From Eledone cirrhosa (lineage: Eukaryota): a stretch of 64,000 bases of DNA. Numbering within the stretch: position 1 is the first letter of the stretch; every line of letters starts with the position of its first letter. Shown here piece after piece: positions 40,039 to 53,403 of the stretch. Below the pieces are notes generated by a model. That model had not been told where the DNA came from and did no database searches. It worked only from the letters and a program-made list of their open reading frames with translations. The stretch covers positions 5,890,001 through 5,954,000 of the forward strand of contig OZ024753.1 in assembly GCA_964016885.1 (NCBI GenBank), written 5' to 3'. A program made the translations under genes and the position numbers.

Positions 40039-42822
40039 AAAAAGCAAAATTTTGTCCCTGAGACTAAGTATCTCGCACATCGCAGTCGTTATGAAATGCA
40101 ACATAGAGAGCAACTTCACACGACACAAGGAAGACCTAAAAAAAGGTTAGAGAGACGATTTGGAGATACAAAATTTAAAACTTTAATCTCCAAATTACAC
40201 CAGTTGAAACAACAACTCACAGCTACAACAGAAAGACTAAAATATAAGTCAACAGCACATAAACGACAAGTGCTAAATAGATTGTTTGCCAGAGATCCTA
40301 AATCAGTTTAACGCAGCTTCGGTGGCAAAAGCTCAATCTCTGTAAATGACACCCCTTCAAAAGAACAGGTTGAGAGCTACTAGAGATCTGTATGGGAAAT
40401 AGATGACGGATTCAACAGACAAACTAATTGGCTAAAAGAACTGGAACAGGACTACTGCTAACATGTCCAGACAAAACAATATGACAGAGATGGGTCAATA
40501 CTGGAAACATCTCTACAGAAAATGTCGAATAGGAAATCACCAGACCCAGACCTCATTACAGGATACTGGTTGAAGAATTTCACTTTCTATCGGCAAGATC
40601 TCATACGGCTGTTTACAGAAACCATTAAAGGCACACAAGAACTGCCCAGATGGTTATCAACTGCCACTACTCTCCTCATTCCCCCAAATAGCCAAACCAC
40701 CCTTGCTAAAAATTACCGCCCATAGCCTGTCAAAACATCATGTATAAATTATATACTGAGTGCCTTAACCTGTTCTTACAGGATTACTGTGCTACCAACA
40801 ACATCATAACACCTGAGCAAGCTGGTGGAAAGAGGGAGGTGTGGGGCTGCATAGATCACCTACTAACTAATAAAATGATTCAAGAAAAAACAACAAAGAA
40901 TCGCAGAAACATGACTGTGGCGTGGCTGGACTATCAAAAAGCAGTTGATAGTGTACCTCATGGGTGGATTGTTAAGGCTTTACAGTTAGCCAAAGTCCCA
41001 CAACCACTGGTAGCTGCTATTGAACGTCTGACCAAGAACTGGTACACCAATTTGATCCTTAGAGGTGAGAAGGAGCAAGTTAAGACTGATAAGATACATT
41101 ACCAGAAGGGCATCTTTCAGGGTGATAGCTTGTCAGTGCTACTCTTCGTTATCTCACTAAATCCACTATCTTACCTACTCAGGAAACAATGTGGACAAAG
41201 AAGTGGGTCCAGAAGTATCTTCCATCTTTTCTTTGTTGATGACCTGAAGTTGTATGGGCCAAATATCAATGACATCAAGAAACAATTGGACCTCATTACA
41301 CAATTTTTAACAGACATCAAATGAAATTTGGTGAGTCCAAGTGTGCATATTTGGCAGTAAAACCTCAAAGAGCTGTGCCCTCCTCTCGAAATCTAGAGAT
41401 GAACGGCCTGACAATACAACCTTTACAGTCAGGTGACAACTACAGATATCTTGCACAAGATGAGAATGTCAGATATGATGGACCCATAAATAAGGAGAGA
41501 ACCAGAACTGAATACCTCAGAAGAGTAAAGAAAATATGGTCATCAGAACTGTCAACGTACAACAAATACATTCCCCACAATACTTATGCTGTGCCAATTT
41601 TAACCTCAACATTTGGCCTGCTGAACTGGTCATAGCAAGAACTAAGTGAGATGGATGTTAGAACTCGCAAACTTCTCAGTGTTACTGGGAGCCTTAACAT
41701 CAATGGTGATGTGGATAGGCTATACTTCTCACGCAAGGAAGGTGGCCGGGGTGTAAAATCCATATTAACAGCATATGAGACCCGGATAGTAACACTGAAG
41801 CAACATCTTCAACAGAGGAAAAAGGTTGGCAACCATCTTGCTCAGGTTTATGAGCATGAAAAAAAAAATCATTAGAATAGCCACTGATCTGGAGGAGAGA
41901 TATGGAATAAAGCCTGATATAAATCTCTCACCCAGAGAAATCGGAAGATCCTATTCAATGTTCAAACAAGATGAAAAAATTGACCAATTTACAGAAAAAG
42001 TTGTGCACTTGAGACGTAAAACACAGACCATAGAGGGGATAAACCACTCAAAAAGCCTGGCATGGAGTTCCGACAAGTTTATGACATCACACCTTGAGGG
42101 ATATCTCTATGCAATACAGGAACAAGAACTCCCTACCAAATATCAGCTGCACAAAAGGGGAGGGCCATCAGCTGACAATAAATGTAGGCTATGTAAAACA
42201 AAGATCGAGGATGTTGCCAGCTGCGAAAGAATGTCATCTCGCTACTACCTTCCCATGAGACACGATGGGATAGCTAGAACCATCTGGAACGCACTTCGGA
42301 AAACAAAATTAACAACAAATGACGAAGAATATATTGAGACAGATGGCACTAAGGAATACTGGTGGAACCTGAAAATAAAAACTGCCACCAAATTAAAGCA
42401 CAACCGGCCTGATATTGTTGTTTGGTACCACACATTGAAAACGTGTTCTGTTGTGGAGATCAGCTGCCCACTTGATGTAAACGTTGTCAGAAAAATACAG
42501 GAGAAGGAGGACATCTACGGACCATTGATGAGGAGTTTACAAATCCAGTATCCAAGATACACCTTTAGCTTCATACCCATCATTATTGGAGCTACGGGTT
42601 ATATATCAACCCGCTTGGACCAAAGTATCACTGAACTCGGATTTGCGGACAAAGAGCGCAGATCCCTAATTCATAGTCTACAAATGGCTGCAATAGCTGG
42701 CACCTTGAACATTTGCAAAAGACTCTTGCGATTCAAGGGATGACAATTTCTTTTCTTTTACAACCTTGCCACCAAGAAGGTGGCCGGTAAAAAAAATACT
42801 CGAAATTAAGAGAAAGAGATAA
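40039..42822 (+). mobile_element. Decayed R4/Dong-type non-LTR retrotransposon (RT, zinc knuckle, restriction-like endonuclease), 5'-truncated
   Basis: Fragments KSPDPD.ITGYWLK, NYRP, EQAG, AWLDYQKAVDSVPH, GIFQGDSLS, HLFFVDDLKLYG, CRLC..RHD, NRPDIVV..EISCP..EK...Y; several stops and frameshifts; CATA repeats on both flanks. Confidence 0.93.
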
Positions 42823-45800
42823 CATACATTCATACATACATACATACATACATACATACATACATACATACATACATACATACCAGTTTTCGTCCCCCAT
42901 ATTTCTAGAAATGTCTAAGCCGATGCAATCTTATAGGGCACATTTGTGCATGTTGTCAAAAGTGTCCTGTAAACAGTGTTGTTACTACTCAAACATATTA
43001 ACCCTGAAATTATATAAGTGCCTTATAATTAAAATTTGTTGTGTTACAAGGAATTGGCAAAGGGGCATTTAGATTTGATCAGAACAATAATTTTGAAGTG
43101 GTCCGGTATTCTGAAAGAATGAATAAATAAATATATTATCATGTTTATTGGAAGAAATTAAATGTTTAAAAATATTAGATTATTTGGCATTCAGCTACGA
43201 CACTTTCTCCATAATATTTATAGTTCTTTCCATTGTTTTCTTTGATTTCTCCGACTGTCAATATTTTAATCTCTGGAGAGGATGGAAACACCAAACATCA
43301 TTATAAATATTGTATACTAATTATAATATCGATGACTATAAAAAATGCTCACATTAGAAATTGTATATAGGCGAATTTATATTTTTTATTGGTTTATCTG
43401 TCGTGTGAATGGAAATCATACTTTTTAAAATATTCATATCAAACTTTAATATCAATAATGATTTGAAAGGAATGTAGACAAAGAATAGTCTAAGGAAAAT
43501 ATAATAAATATATTATATCGTGTCATAAACGCTTAGACTGAAGCTAACACAGCTAGAATGTGACGTAAAATAATAGATGCTTCTTTAACTAATTTTATAT
43601 GTAACCATGAATAGTTAGAAAGTTTAATAAATTCCTGAAATATGTGTACAGATTAATTATAAGACTGTATATGTTGCAGCTCATATCCAGGCACCATCCT
43701 AGGATTTGTCCCTTAAAATAAGATCATTTTTAGAATTTGTCATTAGCTTTAGTCCTACATACATGGCATGCGTATATTAAATACACTATCAGATACATCC
43801 AGCATAAGTTTTGTCTAATGGTAATCGTACATATGGTGACATAGTCTGCTTTGAAATGAATTATTAGATTTCTATATTGAATGTACATGTTAACAGGTCC
43901 TATGATTTATTTCTGTCACAGATACACACTGGTAAAATATACCAAGGATAAATTAATCGAAATTCACCATTTCATATCAAATATATACGCTATAATCTGC
44001 TACCATATTTCTGAGATTACTTTAAACATACCATGATACATTTAAAACGTTCGAATATATTTCACAAACATAAAACATAAAGCAGTTCATTTTGATTTCA
44101 TATTATCTCTATTCAAATCATACGGTTATTGTTTTCTGGCCGACATTCCAGGTTTATTATCTAAAATATATGTATTGCCGTGATATCAATATAAATTTGA
44201 CTTCAAATGTTGATTCACTCATATATTTTGACTCGAAATAACCAAATATACATCAGGTTGATGAAAGCGAGACAGATTCTAAATATGTAACCTAAAAAGA
44301 AGACAAGCGGCTGAAATGGGATTCGTCCAAAATGGGAGTTTGGTACAGTGCGTAGCTCAAGATCAGATAGTCGCTCGCAACTTCTTTTAATTGACAAACC
44401 ACAGCTCTGTTACCACAGACGTGATTAGAATGTCTAAGGAACGAATCGCTGGACCGAAAAACATTGTAAAAATCCCGATAAAATTAATTTTTATGGATTG
44501 CCACTTGGCAGGTAAACTATGTTTTTTTTTATGTTCAAACAGATATTTCTAAAAGGTGTGAATTTCCCCAGACACTCTCTCTTAGATGGTTTTTTATATA
44601 TGCTAGAAATAACAACCACAAAACATAAAACGTGAACATACCATGTTAATAAAAAAAACAATTGTCGAAAATGATCCAATAGATAAATACATAAAAAGCA
44701 TATTGGAAAGGCATATCTTGAACATAATACTTCTATCAATTTGAATGCACTAATGATTAAACAAGGCCATCTTCAAAAGCAATAACAAAAACAACAGTGT
44801 ATACATAAAATTTTCAACGTAAATCGATTACGGATATATGCATATGTCATGAACATATATCGTGGTTTTCAGTGAAAATTGATGTCCAATACATTTACTT
44901 TTGATAATTAATGACATTCTAAATGAAATGTCTCGCAGCTGCAGGAATAAATGTATCACCTTTACATAAATCGTGTATTTCAATCATTTTAGTGGTAACA
45001 TTTGTCTTTATTAACAAAGTTATACACGATCTTGAATGTAACATTTGCAGCAAGATGTATCATATGTGATAGTTGCTTAATTTAGGTAAGTAGAACAATG
45101 TAAAATGTATGAATGCTTGTAACATTCTACATTAGAGAGAAACCAACATATTCGAAACACCTTCTTCCACCTGCGGACATCACATTAATTCATCTAATGG
45201 CATTAAAAATACACGACTTTTCGTGTTTATAGACTGTTAGTATGTACCAGACAAATATTATGCTGCCATATCGCATTAATAATTTTCGAAGCATTCTACA
45301 TATTGATTGTAAAATGATGTTGCTTTTATTGTGGCTTAAGGCCCAGGCCGGTTTCTATGAAGCAGACACAAGATCAAATAATATCTGTTAGGTTAAATCT
45401 ATATTTATAAATTAGGAAGGTCATTCTGCCAATAAAAAACCCACGTGCCAGTTGAGTTTCACTTCAGTTATTGTTATGTGCTTAACTAATACATTTATCA
45501 GTTCGTTTAGTAACCTAGTGGTTGTTTCATTGTTAACTTTTTAAGTTCATTCGTCACGCATTCTGTAACCTTCTTAGTGACTATTCTTGCTCATCTGTGT
45601 CTCCTCTGTTCTGGTATTGTTCCATATACTTCATCTAGTCTTTTTAGGACGTTTATGTGTTCAGCATGTGCGTTTCTATCTGCGTACATTTGTTTGCAGT
45701 TTCTTCCACGATCTTCTTAGTTTAGTAAGTGTGCATGTAATTCTGATTCAAGGTATCACATGTAATTGTGCATGTAATAGTGAATGTGTATTCGTTTAAG

Positions 45801-45885
45801 CTACTATCTGGTTTGGTTGTTTACAGCTCATTGTATAATATATTTTAATGTTTTTTTATGTTTCAATTTATTTCAATGATATTAG

Positions 45886-46109
45886 GTGTTGTGCTGGAAG
45901 AGTAGCATCAATAATCTGGCGTTCATGTCTATGTCTCAGCATGTCTACAATATCAAGTGTAATACGTTCAAATCTGTAGCTATCCCATCCGCGGGACAAA
46001 TCCGGGCAAAGTTGTTTGAGGGGTCCAGTAGAGGACCACGTAAACCGGTCTCTCCTCTCACCACTCCACCGATGTTGGGAAAGGCAATGGCCGATACAGC
46101 TTGGCATAG
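45886..46109 (+). other. Possible isolated exon (unassigned)
   Basis: GC-richer 224-bp island with T-rich tract and TAG acceptor, AG|GTGACG donor, one open plus frame; no recognisable domain. Confidence 0.25.
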
Positions 46110-46129
46110 GTGACGTTACAAATCATCTA

Positions 46130-46275
46130 CATACATTATATACACACTGCATAATCTAAAAATACATTATATATACACTATATAAACTCTATATGCATTA
46201 TATATACACTATATAAACTGTATATGCATTATATATGCACTATATAAACTATATACATATAGTATATATACACTA
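46130..46275. repeat. ~31-bp minisatellite, 4-5 copies
   Basis: Unit ATGCATTATATATACACTATATAAACTNTAT. Confidence 0.8.
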
Positions 46276-46325
46276 GATGTATCCAAGGGAAAGTCCAATA
46301 CAGACAGCCATCAGTGAGGACACAA

Positions 46326-46464
46326 CTCATTTCTACATCTGAGAAAACGAGCAACGTAAAGTATCTTGTTTAAGGACAGCAGCACATCAACTTGTCCGAG
46401 AAACTAACTCACACTCTCAACATTGCAAGCCCAACGCTCTAACCACTAAGCTATGCACATTCAC
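46326..46464 (-). mobile_element. tRNA-derived SINE, second family, diverged
   Basis: Colinear with 36184-36328. Confidence 0.8.
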
Positions 46465-46492
46465 TGTAATATCATTATTAATGAATAATTAA

Positions 46493-46665
46493 GCCAGTGG
46501 ATTGGTAGTATCGGTAGAGCGTCAGACACCATGCTTTGAGGAATAGAGTTACGTCCCTTTACGTTTAAGTTCAAATCCCGCCGAGGTTAACTTTGCCTTT
46601 CATCCTTACGTGGTCGATAAATAAAGCACCAGTAATGCACTGGGGTCGATTTAATCGACTTTCCC
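46493..46665 (+). mobile_element. tRNA-derived SINE (Nin-domain-like)
   Basis: Head, B-box and central domain present. Confidence 0.88.
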
Positions 46666-46886
46666 TTATATGTATAGAGATTGAAAAACATTCGAAATAA
46701 TCTCTCTCTTTCTCTTGCTACACACACGCACACGCACACACACACACACACACTATTATAGTTTGATAGGGCCATGCTGCCAATAAAACACAGCATGCTA
46801 CGCCCAAAGTATAACGCTATATGTTCCCAACAGACGTTTTCAGATATATATATTTCGTATATATATATATATATTTATTATAGAAA

Positions 46887-46937
46887 GGCTTCTACGGGAG
46901 TGGAACTGTTTCATTCCGAAGAAATCATCAGGAATCC
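46887..46937 (-). ncRNA. Type-I hammerhead motif (family B, copy 2) in a TA-flanked island (46882-46990)
   Basis: Minus strand GGATTC-CTGATGA-T-TTC ttcg GAA-T-GAAA-CAG ttccactc CCG-TA-GAAGCC; homologous to 19394-19442; cUUCGg loop. Confidence 0.8.
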
Positions 46938-48205
46938 ATTGAGTACCTTAATTACTGTGGTTACCCCCGATTGAACTCGGGATAAACTTATATATATTTT
47001 TATACATATATATATATACACACACATACGTATATATATATATATATATAAATATATATATATTTGTGAGTGTGTGAATTAATATATATATATATAATAT
47101 ATATACATAGAGAGGGGTGGAGGGCATTGAAAGAGAAAGAAAGAATTAGGTAGGTGTATAAGTAGATATGTTTTGATTGCTCTGCACTTCTTCAGATTTA
47201 TTCTAAAATAACAATATAAAGTTATAGAATCGTGTCCTAAAATCTATTTCAGGTACTTCTTACCTCGTGGATAAACGTGACAAATAGAAAATAGAATCAG
47301 TTGTTTGCACATACGGAGATTAAAATTCAAAGAAAAAAACGACAGAGCCAATCAACAAACTTCATTTGTGAAACTTACTTGTACGCCTTATCGTTAATAT
47401 AAACTAAATTCCTCTATCGATCAATCAATCGTTTAGTAACGATACATGAAGAGACATGCTGACAGTTCTAACATTTGCTGGGTGTTAGACATTTATAATC
47501 TCGGAAATATATCATACGATATGAGAAAGAAGAATGTAATTATGATATATCACGATAAGGATTTAAGGTCAATGTAGCGTCTCTTAAACTATTGTTAAAT
47601 TTATTGACAGGGGTGAAAGTGACAAGTCGTTATCTAGCGACCTCTGTAAGGTTTGTATATAAGAATATGGAGTTTGATTGGGTAGGCTTATGACAGGAAT
47701 GCTGTTTGTCCTCTGACTGAATATTACAAATGTGTACCTCATCGATTCTCGAAATTTCTCCCTCGGAGGAAGACAGGAATTGGTGTAATAATAAATGTAA
47801 TATAACAAAGTTAAATGAACAAAAATAAATATAACCTCTAAATCTGTTAACGATTTACACACCTGAGAAATAGCTTGGATGTACTACTTGCCTACTGACA
47901 CTTAATTTCCTCTAAATGCTTTTTGAGATCAAATTCGTGTATGTCCTACGTTACATATTTATCATGTATTTTACACGGTTTAAAAATATATTAATGAGAA
48001 ATATATATTTGCTATTAAAATCTAATAAGTCATAACTTCAAATATTAGTAAAATGACAGATCAAAAGAAAGTAATATTTTCGCATTATATAAGGGACTTA
48101 GTGGATAATTGGTGAACTGGTAACTGGAGACTCTGAGCCTCATCTTTTAATTTTTCATTAGTTCGATTTCGCTAGTGTGGCGCCCTTGTAGTAGCTGGCC
48201 TTAAT

Positions 48206-48240
<35 letters not shown>

Positions 48241-48241
<1 letters not shown>

Positions 48242-48290
48242 GTAATAATAAATGTGAAGACTAAAATCCGAAGAAGGCTCGATAAGGATT

Positions 48291-48328
<38 letters not shown>

Positions 48329-48411
48329 AACGCGTAAAGCAAGAGCAAGAGTTTCGGAAGATCCTGTTATGGGTGATAGCAGCGATTCTTTGCTTAAACT
48401 TTCATCTGTTC

Positions 48412-48415
<4 letters not shown>
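48241..48415. mobile_element. TA-embedded repeat family A, diverged copy with internal TA run
   Basis: Matches 9771-9820 and 9971-10030. Confidence 0.8.
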
Positions 48416-48458
<43 letters not shown>

Positions 48459-48939
48459 ACTCTTTTACCTGTTCCAGCCATCCGGCTGAGGTCATGCTGG
48501 TGCATATGCATGAAGTTATGTATATATGTATGCTTCTGTATGTATATGTATGTGTGTGTGCTTGTGGGTGTATGTGTGTGATGGACGTAAAACAAATCTG
48601 TGATTTTGCACCATCGGAATTAGAACAAGATATATCGATATTTTATAACCACGATGTAATTCTGATAACGGTAACAGTTTCAGTCTGAAAGTGGGATCTA
48701 TGTATAGTAGGATATCAAATACATGTGTTGATAGAAAGTCAATCAGTGTATCTACCCAGGAGATAATTAATTAAACTATGTTGTTAAGGAAAGCACTCAT
48801 GCTTTACATTAACACAATAAATTATCTCAACTGTTTAATCCACGTATTTGTGATTGAATGTAGATTGTCAACACTAATATTTAACGCAATAAAATAAAGT
48901 AAGATGTAAATACAGAGATCCATTGTTATACTGTTGAGA

Positions 48940-48978
<39 letters not shown>

Positions 48979-49102
48979 CATAGGAAAGAGTGCAAAAGAG
49001 AGTGATGTAAATACATATATGTATATATGTATGTATATACATATGTGTGTGTGTATATATATATATATGTATATATATGTATATAAATATATATATATAT
49101 AT

Positions 49103-49265
49103 GCTTTCACCGTATTTTAGACTAAAGAAATTTCTAGCCTGACTATCAGGCTAGGAATTTCTTTAGTCTAAAATACGGTGAAAGCTTATAATTTCTAATT
49201 TCTAATTTCAAACTCGCGCACCGTTTCAAAAACATACTTACGTGTTTACGTTTATAATTTTCTTG
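49103..49265 (+). mobile_element. TA-embedded asymmetric palindrome, 40-bp arms (49103-49142 and 49146-49185)
   Basis: One mismatch, 3-nt loop CTA, 80-bp tail on the right. Confidence 0.9.
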
Positions 49266-49278
49266 TATATATATATAT

Positions 49279-49485
49279 GTAACGAAGGAAATGTGGTAAG
49301 GAACCAGGTGGACCATAACGCACCAAAGTACTGAATACTTAGAGTAGTAGAGTGGGTAATAGGAACGAGTAGGACCCCGACGGCTGAGCTCAAGCCGTTT
49401 CGACGGCTAATTCTGGGCAGAATTGGTCCAGAATTAGCCGTCGAAACCGCTTGAGCTCAGCCGTCGGGGTCCTACTCGTTCCTAT
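49279..49485 (-). mobile_element. TA-embedded asymmetric palindrome, 58-bp GC-rich arms (49359-49416 and 49428-49485)
   Basis: One mismatch; 80-bp tail on the left; CGTC-GAAAC lies 15 nt from the loop. Confidence 0.92.
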
Positions 49486-51077
49486 ATATATATATATGTA
49501 TATATATGTTTATAAATATGTATATGTATGTATATATAAATATGTATATGTATATGTATGTATATATAAATATGTATATATATATATATATATCTGTGTG
49601 TGTGTGTATATATATATATATTTATATATATATTATATATATATATATTACTAGTCTTTTTATTTTATGTCTTCCATAGAAAGTAAAGCAATAAAATCTT
49701 CATTGATATCACATTTTTATCAACCATAAATTAATTTTATTGCCATAATAAAGAGGTTAAATAGTTAATTAGAAAGTAAATAAAGATATAATTTCTACTT
49801 TTTAAAAGGTAATAAAAAGAAAACTATTTTCAGTAAAAATACCCATGGTAGCAGATGTAAGATATATTCAGCTAATTGTTAATGAGTTTGCGGAAACAAT
49901 CTAATTATTGAGATATTTATGGAAAGATTTTAGCGCTAAGCATCATAGAGAGCCCTAATATCTTAATTGGTAAACATAGCTATTGATTTACAATTTCGGA
50001 CGTATTATATACATTTTGCTATTTTTAAAATCGATCGTTGAGTAAATGTATAAGCTACAGACAAAAATAATTTACTACAGTAATATTTTCTATTAGGTCG
50101 CTTACAAGCTGAAAAAAAAAAAAAAAAAAATTACAATGAACAATACGATTCCAGGATTTATTTGAGCTGACAAATATTTCAACTGTTTGTTGTGTACCAG
50201 TTATAGAATGTGCTATCGCACGCCATCCGGTATTAAAAGGAGCTCATCTTAGCACATACAAACCACGACGCAGTTCAATTTCAGTGATCAGAACCTTGTT
50301 GCTATTTTCGGTGTTATATATATGTCCCAGTTATATATATTATATTTTCGGTATTATATATATGTCCCAGTTGGTAAATGAGACCCGCATGTTATTATAT
50401 TTTAAAATAATTTTGTTATATTTTATTTGTTTAAGACTTTCGCATCCGGCTAGGCACAGTGTTGAATTATTTTATCGCTTGTTGTATCGCAACCAGCATT
50501 TGTATCGCTCTGTTAATTATTTATGACCGATAGATAGTATCAGTAATGGAAACGCCAATAAAATCGTTGTTTCCCTGGTTTGAGTTGATGAGTTCCACCC
50601 CAAACATGAATGTTGTTTGGAATCTTGTCGGTCGTTTAAAAATATAAAATAAAAATACTTATCTTATCGATTACTATTTATAGAATGCGATTCTACAACA
50701 TTTGACACGTTACCCCGTAATCTACTTCAATCATGTAGGCTAATTGTCTTCAACCTCTCAACAGTGACTCCTATTTATAGCAAACCTTCACGGACAACTC
50801 TATCATTCTAAAATAAATGAAAAATGATTAATATCAGTTATATTTGACGCTCCCGAAGGTCAATGAACGGTAAATATAGATGTATCTAATTACTGTGTGT
50901 GTATTCGATATTTATTCTTTATATTCTTTGCATCAACACTAGAACCTAATAATGCATATGACTATCATATTTCTTCTTTATCTTTAATATTTCAATATGT
51001 ATTTATTTTCAATTTCTTTCCCTTGCTCTTCCACTTCTTCACCATCGCCATCATTATAATTATAACCATCCTCCTAA

Positions 51078-51385
51078 GGCGGCACATTAGGGTAGTCGTT
51101 AGCACGTCGGAGAGAACGCTTTGCAGTATTCGGTACAATTCTCTGCTCTCTGAGTTCAAATCCCACCGAGGTCAAATTTGCCTTTCATTCATTTAAGGTC
51201 GATAAAAAAGTACCAGTCTAGTACTGGGGTCGATTTGTCTTCTACACATCTTTTTCACTTCCATTCTCTCATTCACTATCTTTCTGTTGAAGAAACCTGC
51301 TGTATTCAGACCTAGAAGGGAGATGAGCTCCACCAAGTTTTAAAAAGACCCTAGAGATGCCGTCTGACAATACGGCACCCCTACA
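51078..51385 (+). mobile_element. Older SINE subfamily with distinct long 3' region (copy 1)
   Basis: B-box and central domain; 3' part TTCCATTCTCTCA..TTCAGACCT..GGCRCCCCTAC shared with 55689-55968. Confidence 0.75.
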
Positions 51386-52837
51386 ACACCATCAGAAATT
51401 ACAAGACTATAAGTATAAAGAATCACTATCCTCATTATCACAAGAACATGAATCTAATGGCACTTATACATTATTTTCCTGTTGATTTTCAGACACTTTT
51501 GTTCTTTGTAAATTATCCTTTCAATTCCAACTTGTTAATAAGTTCACTGGTAAACACCTAAAATTCTAAGGTTTCCAATTATTTAGATTTTTCCCTGAAT
51601 ATGGATGATCAGCCACAATATCCTTGCCATGAAAGAAAATATTTGCACTCTTCAATAAGAAGTGTCTACCCATTATCCCCTATCGTCGCCCACTTTGATA
51701 TAGGATCTATTCTAATGAGATTGTAAAGTGCGGTTATATAACACACGGTTATACAATGACCACAAAATAATAACACAAAACTAAACAGTGTCGTAACAAA
51801 AGCAAATAATGACATATTTCATATTTGGTCAATATATTTCTACACTATGGATATAACATTATGAAATATATTTTATTCCAAAATTTCACCATTCACAATA
51901 TCTTTATGGAGATATCTGTAATATAGATTATAGGTATATTGAAAGAACTTTCACATCGATATATCATATGATATATCATTTGGGTATCTCACTATAGCTA
52001 ACCAAATATGAGTGATAACATATCACGGAATATTAATAAATAATTTGAAACATATGCTTCATAGATTTGTTGAACTCTGTGAAGTATTATTTTGGCATGT
52101 TATAACTTAGTATCGAAATATTGACTTTACTCTAAACTTGTGTTGTGAGAGTGAGCGTAGGAGATTAGTGGAGATTCGTAAAATAAATCTGCGAGCAATA
52201 CATACAGGGTATTCGTAAAAAGTATCTAACAAATTGTGATACTAATATTGATCATTCTAAGTGTATTTGCTATTTATCTTCGAAATAAGCGTGAGAAAAA
52301 ACATTCAAGTCACTGCCATCTTGTTACTTTCCTGCATATAAAGAAAGCTGAGTTACATCATTCTTGAGAGGGTGGGGTGTGAGAGAGGGAGAATCATGTT
52401 GCAATTTGTAACAAGACCAAGAGTCGTGTACAGCTAAAGTTATTATTACAAATTATTGAGGAGCAACACTTCTCTCCGCCTCATCCCTACATTTCCTGCT
52501 GTGATAGTTGCTGTTGTTGTTGCTACTGATGTTGATTCCTGTTGTGATAGTTACTGTTGTTGTTGCTTCTCCTCTTGTTTGTGTTCTACTTGTTCATATG
52601 TTGACGTAGCTATTGTTTTATTTCTTCTTATTGCTGCTAACGTTGATGACGCCAGGCATGTTGTTGCTGTGTGTGGGTTTCGGTGGGTTTGTTGATTGTT
52701 TAGGGCAGAAGACCCTTAAATGCTTGCAACCACTGATGTCGCACTTGGGTCATACGTCTATAAGCCTGCTAAATGTCACTCAAAATTTCTCGACTTTTGG
52801 CATTTTTTAATACTTTTTAAAATTCTGGATCTCCATT

Positions 52838-53008
52838 CATGTATTTCCCGGCGCCGAAGATGCTTCGTCCTCGAGGACGCACCCTAATTTTGACAACCAA
52901 AAATTTGAAGAAAAATATAAACAACCTTCGGCCTCCAGGACGCATGGTAGATTTTTTAAGGCTCATTTTAGGAAAACAGTAGCGTCTTAGACGCCGGGAA
53001 ATGCGGTA
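52838..53008. mobile_element. pogo/Tigger-like MITE
   Basis: Imperfect TIRs GTATTTCCCGGCGCCGAAGATGCT and AGCGTCTTAGACGCCGGGAAATGCGG, followed by TA. Confidence 0.7.
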
Positions 53009-53217
53009 CATTTGAAATATCGCTTGCAGATCTTGCATTTGAAATATGGCTGAATTCTTCACAATGTCTTACCTTTGCCACTAATACATTATGTCTTAGA
53101 ATTACGCCTCTTCTTGCATTGCTTTGATAGACTGTACTTAGGTGAATAAAAAATAACCATTAAAGCACATTACAATCTTTTCCAGGTAACTGGTATATAT
53201 TAATTAACATCATAACC

Positions 53218-53403
53218 GCATAAGAATTGGCAGTATCGGTAGAGGGTCGGACATGCTTTCCAGCATAGTTACCTCCCTTTACGATCTGAGTTCAAATCCT
53301 GCCGAGGTTAACTTTGCCTTTCATCCTTACGAGGTCGATAAAATAAAGTACCAGTAATGTACTGGATAATTGCTGGCCTTGTGCCTAACATAGAAACGAT
53401 TAT
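53218..53403 (+). mobile_element. tRNA-derived SINE with 14-bp TSD
   Basis: TTAACATCATAACC at 53204-53217 and 53404-53417. Confidence 0.92.

Noticed and set aside
40039-42822. Active retrotransposon, or source of RT for the hammerhead islands
   Set aside because: Multiple stops and frameshifts; it sits in CATA rather than TA and shares no visible 3' end with the islands.
50303-50371. ~28-bp direct repeat
   Set aside because: Simple local tandem duplication with no further structure.
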